From positions 434,001 through 498,000 of the forward strand of contig JAQGDQ010000094.1 of NCBI GenBank assembly GCA_030141605.1: 64,000 nucleotides of DNA. Reading direction: 5' to 3'. Shown here one piece after another: positions 1-33,656 of the stretch. The translations under genes were made by a program, and so were the position numbers. Position 1 is the stretch's first letter. Each line of letters starts with the position of its first letter. Source of the DNA: Tubiluchus corallicola (Eukaryota; Animalia; Priapulida). The notes beneath the pieces were generated by a model that was not told the DNA's origin, did no database searches, and saw nothing but the letters and a program-made list of their open reading frames with translations.

Positions 1-611
1 CATGTATATATATATACACGGATGTATATATATATAATATCATTTTTGTATTTATTTTAAATTTTATCATACATTTAGAGTACGTAGCATTATATAAAAA
101 TTAAAAAAACATTTACTTTAACTATGCTATAAAGCTACAATTATATGCAATAGACTGAGTTCTTAAATCAGTCTGGGATCAACCTGGTCATCGCTGAATT
201 TTTCTTACTGAGCGAAAAGAATCCTGTCTTGACGGACCCCATACCACATCTGCAACCTCGAGAATGGGTCTGATCAAAGACAGAAATTCAGAACCAAATA
301 TTATGTGAAAATTAGTGGTAAAAGGCGTTATCACCATAATGGCTTAACAACACCAATGAAATTAAATGTTAAATCATTTTCCTTCAGTTCCACAAGAAAT
401 TGCCCATTGAAGAAATAACTAAAGTAATGAGTAATGACAATGCAATTTCAATACATGTGAACTCTGATATTAAGTATGAGTACAAAAGTCAAGTAAAATG
501 ATTAAGATAGTCACACTAGATGTCAAAAACACACTTCCATGTAATACTTTCAAATGTGTAGTTAATTCATCACAATTTTTCACAGCAAAGCACACAAAAC
601 ACATTTCTCAC

Positions 612-632
612 CTGTTCTCTGTCGGGTGCCAT
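612..632 (-). CDS. Probable first coding exon (MAPDREQ) of an unidentified gene continuing leftward out of the window
   Basis: The minus strand reads gccATGGCACCCGACAGAGAACAG|gtgaga: good Kozak context, 7 codons, then a strong donor, in a locally CpG-containing patch. Product not identifiable. Confidence 0.45.
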
Positions 633-1334
633 GGCGATTTTTAAGTTTGCGCAGGGCAAAACGCGCACGTTTTAATTTAAATGTAGCTGCGAATTCGGTA
701 TTCCAAATTCGGGCTAAATTCTACAGTCTGTGCACTTCTTCTGATAATAACTTGTTTCAAGCTGGTCAGGAAAACGTAACTAATTGCGTTTGTTTTCCCA
801 TTAAACTGATTCTGTACAAAAAATATAAAGTAATAATAATTATAATTTCTTAAATAGTTTAGAATTGAAGGCCAAATTTACGTGGGCTTCATGCTGTAAT
901 TTTTACCGTGATTCGTGAAAAACAGAAAATTTGTACATTATTGTTACATCTAATTTGGTTTCGGACACGGAAATTAAGACATTATATCAACAGGCGTATG
1001 GTATCGGCTTTTTTATTCCAAAAATAATTCCGATTTCTTAAAACTTCTGTTTCGTGAAATTAAGTTCCACAAAATTACAACAAAAATTTAATCTTGTGTA
1101 CAAAAGGTTCTATGTTATTATGCCACCACAAGAATTGTAAGTCGAAATGGCAACATCAGTTTTCAAACTAAAATTTTTGTTTTGAGGTCAATCTACTTAG
1201 ATAAAAAAAGACCGTCTAGCGTTTTTCCACAGTTAAAGAGTAAGTAAGAATCTTTATTTATCACCTTTTTACAAGAAAAACAAAATCATTTGCACTAATT
1301 TTGTACTTGGAATCAGACTGCATCTGATATAATT

Positions 1335-2700
1335 TTACATACCATGAATGGTGAATTCATCTGGGTCATTATCTTCATTAGCAGCACACAATAGATCAGA
1401 GTAGAAAGAGACCGTATTAGTAAGATTCAGCAGTTCAGTCTGGTCACCCAGTGCATCAAAAAACTCATCCTCAGTTAGACTTTGATAAGGTAGTATGCTG
1501 TTAATACACTGCAAACAGAAAAAGGAATCGTTAGTGTTCGTTAGTAGAGCAAACTCATTATTGGATAATAAAGTGCAATTTCCGTGTATCCTATTTTTGG
1601 AGATATCACAAAAAATTGCACTTTGATTTATTCGGCATGGTTTATTGTAAGAAATGCAAGGGTAACGAATTACCATAATTCTGATAAAAAAACTAAGGTA
1701 TATCTCTGCTTATTTACGTGTTAAATGAAACAATGAGGATTGACAATTTATCTTAATTTATTCAAGTCGGCTTCAGTCTTAATTTCAAAAGGCTCACATT
1801 CATCATTAACTTTTAAGTAGATACGTCCTTGATTAGTCCAAACTGATTTGTACTTTTTGAGTTTCTTAAGTGCTAGGCACTTGGTAAACAGGTCTTTTCT
1901 GCACCTTGTTAGACATTCGTTGATAAAGATTTTGCCATTTTTAAGAATGCTTAGCTTATGAAGGTCTGGCATTTTCATTTGGGATCTGTAAAACATGTCT
2001 CTTGTAGTCCTCTTCAGAAATTTACTATTATGGGATTTGGTCCCTTCGATGATGTAACTCAATACGAGATACTAATATCATTATAAGTAACATTTAGTCC
2101 CATCAGGCCACCAAGTTTCACCTCAATATCATCCGTTTTTATGTTTTCCATTGGTGGAACACCACTAATCAGCAAACAGTCACTACGAGTGTACTGCTCG
2201 AGAGTATTTAGTTCATATTCTGTGTGTTGAAATTTTGTAGCAACTTCGTCTAGAGTGCATCTCAATGCATGGTTTTCATTTTTTTGGTTTCATCTAATTC
2301 CTTCTTAATGTGTTGGTGATCATTTTTGATGTCTTCGTATTGAGCAGCAATGAATTGTTAACTTGAGGTTAGACTATCGAGTTCCTTTCTCATGTTATCA
2401 AATTCTAAGACCATGGTATTTTTAAGACCATTTATAGCTTCAAGTAGTCGAGATTCCATGGAGTCGACAGGGTTGGCTACTGCTTGGACACCTGACCCAA
2501 CTGTCACACTCTGACATGTATAACCTTTCTGGCTAGCAGATTGACAAAAACTTTAAGATACAAGAGTGGTAGATCTAGTTGTAGCATTAGTGGGTGTTGA
2601 GTTAGTATTTGTCTCAGTGCCTTGAGTCCCAGCATTTGAAATCCTTGATGCATTATCTATGTTTGAGCTTACTTTAGATTTTTTGCTCCCACTCAGATTA
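1335..2700 (-). mobile_element. 5' part of a degraded CR1/L2-group LINE: ORF1 plus PHD-finger-like ORF; endonuclease and RT absent
   Basis: Broken ORFs: 2059-2265 (coiled coil then LEQYTRSDCLLISGVP, LINE ORF1 RRM-like start); 1748-2062 (KIFINECLT...KSVWTNQGRIYLK, typical ORF1 C-terminal domain); 1335-1676 (YPC..C...AIFCD....IHGNC...FFCLQC, degenerate PHD). Stops and frameshifts throughout. Confidence 0.75.
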
Positions 2701-3599
2701 GCATTATGTTTTTTATTGCCTTAGACTATCACTTGCTGATGATTCGGAACTTCTTGTTAGGTGGCCATGAGGCATTAGCTTACTGTTACATAAGTTTACT
2801 AGTGTCTGTTTACTACAGCTCGCTAAGTTTTGCTCAACTTCATGAATTGTTTGGCATAGAAAACTTCGAGGCTTTGCACCATTAGTAATGGCGGCTAGAA
2901 CTACACTCCAGGTTGCGGCATACAGCAGTGTCAAGGCCACAACAAGTGCTGTACAAGAATACTGTCTTGTACGTTTGAACGTTCTCACCATGTTTGTTCT
3001 CCAAAGACTTCATAAGGTTGTCTGCCGAAGATTGCTTATATAAAGTTTGCAGGAATCAAAACTTAAGTAAATTAATTCTTTTTATTCATTTTGCTAATTT
3101 TTGTGCGAGCACCGAAATTTTGAAACGTCTCCGTTTTGGCGCATACGCACAGAGTTCTGGACATTTGTCAATGACATTCGAGTTGATCCCCATGAGGGTT
3201 GCCATGTGCTGGAAATCAATAGTATGTCCCACGTCCCGAGCGACCTGGTTACAATACAGTGTTTGTCCTGAATGTAGTAATAAGCAAACATTAATCACCA
3301 TTCATGCAGAACACTATATGAATTTATCAATTGAAAATGCCACATTGATGTTAAATACATTAGAAATTTTTACAATTTTCCAAAGATACAAAAGTTTTAA
3401 ACCAGAAATCAAAAAATAAATGGTTGAAAAACTGTCTGTCGCGATTGCTAAAGTTTATAGCAAGGGCTCTGTGTGTCCAGAATTTTCACTGCAACTAGAT
3501 GAATTAGGAACGATATACAGCTGACAAGCAAAATAAATGTTCTGAGCTTTATTGTGCAGAGATAACACTAGGAAGCCATTAGTGTAATGCATTCTAGGC

Positions 3600-4000
3600 A
3601 GAAAAAACTGAGATCGGTTTTTCTCAGATGGAAAATACCCGTTTATATCGGGTATTAAAAAATTAAATGCCGGAACAATGTCAGCTAATCATCAACAGAA
3701 AAATAAGCACACTTCAGTGATGTATAAAGCACTCAGAACATGGAGCAAAACAATAAATGCATCAACCAGTTTATATTATGCCCATCACTTAGAGAAAATA
3801 AAGCATTGATATAGATTTGTGGCCCAGAAAAAATGGAACATGATTCACTGGGTTATGGTACCTGGAATTTCTTAAGAGAGGAAGTGTACAATGGCCATAC
3901 AAAGCCATTTGATGCCGAGGAACTATAGGCAAAACTGTTGAGTATTGGGACCAAATATTGGTTAAAGAAGTGAAAAAAAATCTGTGAGCTATTTATTAAA
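3600..4000 (+). mobile_element. Degraded Tc1/mariner transposase remnant
   Basis: Manual translation gives DRFFSDGKY (like the FSDEK first catalytic Asp motif, ~3613) and DSLGYGTWNFLREEVYNGHTKPFDAEEL*AK..EYWDQI (~3842-3958, like the post-SPDLNP C-terminal block). Multiple stops and frameshifts. Confidence 0.5.
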
Positions 4001-4103
4001 GGTAACGCCTTCATATGTGGTAAAATAACAAATTATAGAAAATTGCCTTAAACCTGCACTGAACAGCAAATCTATATTTTTGATAGATATTAAACTATAA
4101 ACC

Positions 4104-5517
4104 TTAAAGGAGAATATCATGAAAATCAAGTTAAACTTATTTTATAGTTGCCTTCCCCGGGAACAACTTGGCAAAATTTTTTTAGCAGTACGTTGTCTAG
4201 TTAATGAGTAATTAACTTTTTTGTATCTCACGGGAAACGCCATGGAGCTGCACTTACGCCTCTCTCGGTGAAAAAATTGAACTAGCGCAGCTCAGGCTGA
4301 TGACGTAACAGAGTGTATCCGCCAGCTTGTTGTGATACTGTGGTACACAACTGGGCTAAAAATAAAGCTGTTATTACTACATTACAGCATTTGACCTTGG
4401 TTCGGATAGGTAGTCAGCTGATAGAAATGATTGTCTTTGCGCTCGTTAACATGTTTTCATCAAAAGCGATATATTTTTTATACTGTTGGAATATGCCTAC
4501 AGCATATTGTGAAAATTCTTGTGGCATTAATTGAAAACATCGTCAGCAATACAAGCTGCAAAAATGTGGGCCTCGGTAACAAAAGTGCTTTTCTTCTAAA
4601 ACAAGCTTTTCTTCTAAAACAAGTCCGATATAGTAACTTCATTCTGCTAGAAGAATTAATGAATTTATAAACACGGATAAACTCACTGAAGCATAATTAT
4701 AATGCTAGTGTGACAATTTTTAGTGACAGCTTCATTTTATCAGCCTTGACAAAAAAATATGTGAACCCCGCTGACACAGAGACTATAACATATTAGCTGT
4801 AGACTTATTGATTAAACATATATGAACATTTTTAACTTTGTCGTGTTTCAGTTATTTAAATCAGTAAGACTTTTAATACCAAGCAGAACTTTAACCGTTG
4901 TTCATTAGCTTCTGTTTTTACATGATAACGTCATGTTGTGTTTATTTTTACACAGCAGTATTATTAAAATATTAGGATTAGATAAAATTCTTGTGGTCAG
5001 TTGGACTGAAATAAAAATTAATGATAATAATACATTCATTATTAATATAATTATTATCCACTTTTACAATATAAAAAACTAACGATATAATGTGATTCGA
5101 TGACAAAATAATTATTAATTGCATTACATAATATAATTGTGATATTTTTATTGAAATGGATACAAATCTCGAGATGACTAAACTGCATCGATAAACTATG
5201 CACTTGGGCTTAAAATGAAACAAAAAAGACACTACAAAAAACTGCATCTGACTGAATCTCTCCGAAGTGTAAGCACAATATTATTAACACTAGATTCATC
5301 ATGTTCTAAACTCACGTTTCAAAGCAAACAGACGAGAAATTATCACACAGGTTGTAGGAGTGATTACAGGTTTTTAGATTGTACTTTCATTGCTTCAATA
5401 ATTTTCTGTTGCTCATTGGAAACTAAAAGTTATTATATTTTGGCTTCGTATTTCGATATTTTCCGTCTGACTGAATTATTCAAGCTCAACTTAATTTTGG
5501 TGATATTCCCCCTTTAA
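4104..5517. mobile_element. Kolobok/T2-type non-autonomous DNA transposon (MITE), copy 1
   Basis: TTAA at both ends, AGG...CCT termini, and imperfect ~30-bp TIR (TTAAAGGAGAATATCATGAAAATCAAGTTAAAC vs reverse complement TTAAAGGGGGAATATCACCAAAATTAAGTTGAGC). Highly similar inverted copy at 39601-41513. Confidence 0.85.
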
Positions 5518-6856
5518 ATTAACACAAAATTATTGCTTCATTGAATCATTTTTAATGGTGGCCCTTCCAGAATTCCGGTAAATCAGCCCGAGGATATTAA
5601 TTACAATAAGGAACATAATATATATATATATTGTAATATTAAAGGTATATATTATATGTATAATATATATTATATTATGTATATCTTTATATATTATATA
5701 TATATGCACAAAATAATGAGCAACATTGTTAATGACATCATAATGAACAACCGTTATATGCACAATGGTATTATTCTATGATAGAAAGTATATGGGACGC
5801 CGGCAATACATTTCTGACAAAAGCCTAGAATAATTTTGACAGTTTTGAATATTTCTAGCAGAAATTAGAATTTCAATATAAAGTGTAATACCTGATTTAT
5901 TTTTTTCATATAATATATTATAAAAAGGATATTTTACATTGTGGTTTAAACTGTTAGTCAATAAAGAATTTCAAAATAATTCACTTAAACCTTCTTACAG
6001 TGCATGTGCTGTGAAATAATCCTAAGTCACTGTTTTAGATGCCTGAGATGTGGCAGCCTTGGCCTCCATCCTAGTGTTCCTGCCTTGCACCCTATAGCTT
6101 ATAAGTATTCTGCCTGGAAACTGTAGGATTGGATTTTCAAATAGTGAAAGAGATTTAAGAGGTTTATACCAGCATGCATACATGTTCAAAAACATGATCA
6201 AGAAAAAAATAAACTCCTGAAACGAACTCATGACTTCTTTTGATATTAGATTTTAAAAATAGACCAAATTAATACTGTAGTGAAAAAATGAGTACATGCT
6301 AGTTTTTTTTAATTTCGATAATGAGTGATGAAGAACATCATTACTTAGGCTGCTCACACGAAAATTGTCAGTTAAGATTGTCTATGTTGTCTAAACAAGA
6401 AAATATATATGGACATTTGAATCTTACTGGTGGTTGTGTGTTGCTAGATTAAAGATTTATATTTCAAATTCATTGGAGAATATTTATATTTATTATATAA
6501 ATGTGAGTGCACTTATAAAAGTTTTGTCATTTACACATGTTAGCTTGTTACTGTCAGTCAATTTTTAGTTGTGTTTGGATATAGTGTGTAGTGCTACAAG
6601 TTTGGTATCATGGTATGACAAGAAAAATAGATTAGAAAGCTTAAAAAATTGTTTGCCAGATCTCTGGTATTGAACCCAGGTCTTCTGCATTTGTAGCAAC
6701 AGTAGCCACAGAGGAATTTCTATTTTTTGCGCTAGCAAATAAGTTACATTAAGCAGCTTAGAATACTTAGAGCTAAGAAGTTTAAACAATGTAGCAAAGA
6801 GCATTTAAATCATCAAGAAATTGCTAAAACTAATCAATAGTTTGTTTTCAGAGCCA

Positions 6857-28928
<22,072 letters not shown>

Positions 28929-31097
28929 ATGGTGGATTATGACACGCACTCTACCACTATTTAGGCTACTTACTTGGTTAAACCAAAGCTAGTCTGTTGA
29001 TAAATGTAAACAGTTCAGTTAGTGCAATTATTGTTACTTGAAGTGCATGCTTTCTTAGCTGTGCACATTTCATTACTTTGTTGTTTATAATTTCACTGTT
29101 TTTATTGTCAATGCAACATACCTAGGTAACAACCAAATGCACAGTTCCTATTGGCATCATACTTATGAGCATGTCCTCCAGAAATTCTTTTCTGAGCCCA
29201 AGAGGCAAGTTATCACATGTGTTTTTGCGTATACTTTCATTTTCAGTGGTTGCTAGAAAACAAAAACTTTCTTAGAAATTGCGAGAAAGTGATATTCAAC
29301 ATACCGATGTATGAGCTGTCGTCATCGAACATTTGCGATTTGTTGGGACTATCTCACGGACTTAAAAACTCAGAAGTTCAGATAAATAAGCAAATTTAGC
29401 TCTGTTGTATGTATTGCAAACTTGTATTTGACTTATAGAACTCTGCAATGATACACTCTGATCTAGTTAACGACAACAGTGATGCACCGCCACCGAGTGT
29501 GCCATTTCAACACCGCTAAAAGAGACTTCTTTACTCATGACAATATGCATCGAAAGCTAAAATTTTGATCAAGTAAATCCAAACAAGTCCATGATTCTTC
29601 ATAGCCAAATTTTGCCATATAAATTAGAAACAGCTTTAGTCTGTGATATTAGTTTACCTGCAACTTGACCTAAATAGCCTGTAAATACAGGTGCAATTTA
29701 CACCTGTAGCAGCTAGCATACTTATAGCATTTATGTTTTGCGCAAGGCTATTTCATAATAAGCGTTTAAATGATAGAACATTCCACTTCACTATTATAAA
29801 TCTAACAAACAACTCTTTGAAAGGGGAACAATTTGTTCAAAAGTTTTTACCCACATTTATTATAATTTTTATGGCTTGCTTAATAACTTAACTGTTTATT
29901 CTTAGTGTTGTGCATAAACAGTCTAATTCTATACTATTAAAAAACAATTTGTTTATTCCTTGTGATTAACCCTTGCCCAATGGTCTTGTGTGTGTCCTAT
30001 ATCTCCAAAATTTGAAGTTTAATGTTCCATACACAAATGTAAATTAGTTGTGAATTAGTTATTAACAGTACTGTTGTTTAAAACACTGTGCTTGTATAAA
30101 ACGAGGATCACAAAGAGCACAAGCTACTCTACAATTTTCGCTGTTTCTGCGGTGTCACTATTTGGTTAGACAGGAACAAAAGAATATCACTGTGCAAGAT
30201 ACAAGTAACGCAATCAGATTTAACACTTATAATCCATTTGTAACTACCACATTATTTTCAGCTAAATTTCTAGCATAACACTGCTTCTCTTTCTTGCTTC
30301 TGTTGCTATTTAGACATTTTCAGGATGAATATCATCCCAATAAATTTTTTGAAATTCTTCCCTCTGCCCATAGATACCATTCATTTAATTCTCCAACCAC
30401 AAGGACTAAATACTTTCTATTCTGTTGCATTTCGCACTATCAGCAAGTGAATTTCAGTAAATATAAAATATTCTCTATATCACTGTGCATATTTTATTAG
30501 CATTTATGCGACAAGTGATTGAATTTATTTATCTGTTAATTTTCTTTTGTTGTAGTACAAAAAACGACATAAATTTCATTATATGTACTACAATACAGTG
30601 ATAATAAATCACTTACTTATACCTCACTGTCATTATTTTGTTTAGTGAATGCACAGAAAACAACATCAGACAAATGACTAAACTTTAAAACACTAGTAAG
30701 ACCGAAGACTAAAGTATAAAGCTATAATATGAGCATTCTCCGCTTACAATTTCATTATTATTATTTCTACACTTATTTGCTGGTTTATTAAGGAAACAAT
30801 GAGTCAGCATGAAAATTTTGTAGTAGCAGCTAACACTAATAATAAGTGCACAGAAAACTAGCAGAGGCAAGGGTTACTCTTATCCTCAATGCTATCCTTT
30901 CAACAATGATCTTCATTATGTGCATCACTAAAACGGTATTTGTTAGCTGTACTCTTAATACTTGGTCACATACAGTTAAGACTTAACTGTGCCCATTTGA
31001 TAATGTCCAAAATGCGTATGTATAAAAGTTTTTGTGAAAATAATAAATATGTAGAAATGCATGTTTAACAATTATTTTGTTATATTTCTTTCTCTGC

Positions 31098-31100
<3 letters not shown>

Positions 31101-31131
<31 letters not shown>
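31101..31131. repeat. (TA)n microsatellite
   Basis: About 15 TA units. Confidence 0.9.
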
Positions 31132-31138
<7 letters not shown>

Positions 31139-32791
31139 AGTAGGTTTTCTTATGTTAGATTCTTGCTTTAGGCTTAAGCGTAAATTGTAAATGTTAGTTG
31201 GTCTTCTAACTTGTGTGTTCTTAACATAATTATTTATCCTGCATTCTGGTTCTGTGAATAATCATGCTCATGTTCTGAAGTTAAGCATTAATAACTGTTG
31301 TGTAATTTACTAAATAACGTAGTAATTATGAATGAACCTATTTTGTTTTTTGTGTATATAAGTAGCGCTAGGCAACTTGAAGCAAAAAATGCTGCTTAGT
31401 ATTATGCATAATTTACATGCAAATATGTACATTTAACTCTAGAGTGCTTCGTATATGCTTACTGTACAGTCTTTTGCCATATGCTTATTGTAAAACTATT
31501 TTCTGATGTAAAGTTTATGTAACATCCATGTCTTGCTTATATGAAAGGAAGATACTATGTGTAATTGTGGCTCGACAAATAGAATCTCACAAATAAGTCC
31601 TGTTTGTGAATTAAACAATTCCTGTAATTACAGTACCCATTACAAAGCTGTACAAACAGCAGCAACAATGATGCAAGCTTCTGAATGTGTGAAGTACAAA
31701 AACTATCTTGCAATATTGCACATTGATCTGTCTGTCAATTAGCATTGCCTTTGGCGTATCATTCGTATGGGTGCTAGAAGCCGCCGTTTTACCAATAATT
31801 TAAAATGCATAATTATCCTCCATTTTCATTAATTATCATAGTAGGTCTTGTACAGCATCTGTGAAAATAAACAGTATTAATTGAAATATTTTCTTTTGAG
31901 CTTCTTTCATCATTCTGTTAATGTTTAACTTGTGATTATATAGCAACAGGGATTATACATAAAAATTTTATAACAGTGAATCACAACTTCATTAGTAAAA
32001 ATTTATTAACAGATTTATAACAACCTCTTCATTTAAATGTTGAGATCAAATGACAATTTAACACTGGATTTGAACACAGCTTTGAATGACACCGTGATGA
32101 AATCGCGATGACCTAATCTGATCTAGTAATTTTGTAATTCACCGGTTTGCCAAAAAAGATTGGCTCCGTACTTATAGTTCACATTTAATGTTCTACATAT
32201 TATCTTGGTTGCACTGAGCATTGAGAAGTCAAAATGACATCATATCTAATTTCTGTACAATTACTACAACTGTTATACTGTACAAAATTAGTATATTGCA
32301 TTACAGTACGGAAATATACGCTAAGCAACATGATACAACAACAAACAGGCATTGCTCATTCTTCGGTATGTAAATTGACTCACAAATTCATGCAAACGTG
32401 GATAAAAGTGCACCCTGGTATTTTTATAATATGGATTCCACAAATTTGTGGTTTTACGTACTTAGTTTTGTGATTACATTTGCTCAATAATACATATTTC
32501 AAATGATGTCATTATACCTATTTTTTTATACTTGAAGACATCTAGTATGTAGCACTCACAAATATGATCACATGATTGCACAGATTGACCTGTTTTTCCA
32601 AATAATTTTGTCAAAGATTGAAATAAATGTGACCATCATCTCGCTGTTAAGAAGAACAAAATTTAATACAGAAATTCAGTCCTTCAGGTAAATTTAGTCT
32701 GCAACTTGTTTCACCAGTATTGACTTTCAATTTGAATGCATAAAACAAGTCCGATTATAAAAATAAAATCAACATTAATTAATCAATACTA

Positions 32792-33605
32792 CAGTCAAAC
32801 CTCGTTATAACGCCAGGTCTGGGACACCACTAAATGTGGCCAGTCCAGTCTGTAACATCTATTTTGTTTCGTAGTTATTTTTAATATGCCATAAATAGTA
32901 TAATATTATTATACTTACAACAACGCATGTGTTATACTGTACATTTTTGCTGCATTAAGAAAATTTATGCAGGTGTAGTTCTATGGCGGCACATCGCAGA
33001 ACTTTTAGGTAACACAATGAAATAGCAGTCTTGTGAAAACTGCTGTCTCCTGATAAAAGAAATATGCAGCTACACAGTCCAGCCCAAGCACGGTCCCAAC
33101 GTAGCATTATTAGATAATTAGGACTACAAATAGCTGCTGCAATTGCAATGTAACTTAACCTTGAGTCAAACAGCTTTTACAGCCATTAGATTCACATCAG
33201 TTCAATACTGCAGCTTAGCTACACAACTATTGTACCTTAAAATGCACGTTCCCTGCCCAAAACCTGAGCATTCACTTTCATACAGCCACTTGCAACAAGA
33301 CCTAAATCTTAAATTAAAATATCATAATTGTTTTTCTGTCCAGAGATCATTGTTTTTACAACAAAATGGCTGTTTTTTAGCAACAATTCATTGTACTTTA
33401 TCTTCCCTAGCATTATAATGGGGTAAATTATTATGTAAAATAGACTTTTGGCACAGCAGATAAGTTGGCAGATGGCGGCAGGCGAGATTGGCGGTATTCC
33501 CTATATTTAATATATGATGGAAATCGGGACAGGGCAATAGTTGGCATTATTGGCATTATGCCGAGGCTGGCGTTACAACGGGCGGGGTATAACAAGGTTC
33601 GACTA
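32792..33605. mobile_element. Tigger/pogo (Tc1/mariner)-type MITE
   Basis: Left end TA|CAGTCAAACCTCGTTATAAC; right end reverse-complements to TA|TAGTCGAACCTTGTTATAC. TA target-site duplication, no ORF. Confidence 0.75.
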
Positions 33606-33656
33606 TAATTACATTGTGACTTCATAAAATTTTTCTGAAGTTGCTTCTCCATTGCA

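Noticed and set aside
170-270. Candidate second exon of the left-hand minus-strand gene
   Set aside because: An acceptor-like site exists near 270, but the frame and donor are ambiguous and no protein similarity is recognisable.
4313-5517. Short ORFs inside the Kolobok MITEs (also 40225-41474)
   Set aside because: No transposase or THAP motifs, and the reading frames are not preserved between the two copies.
6650-6720. tRNA gene candidate (B-box-like GGTTCAATACC on the minus strand)
   Set aside because: No cloverleaf or A-box can be built; at most a decayed SINE head.
28929-32790. Additional gene between RAD54L2 and AS3MT
   Set aside because: Only short AT-rich spurious ORFs; consistent with 3'UTR or intergenic DNA.
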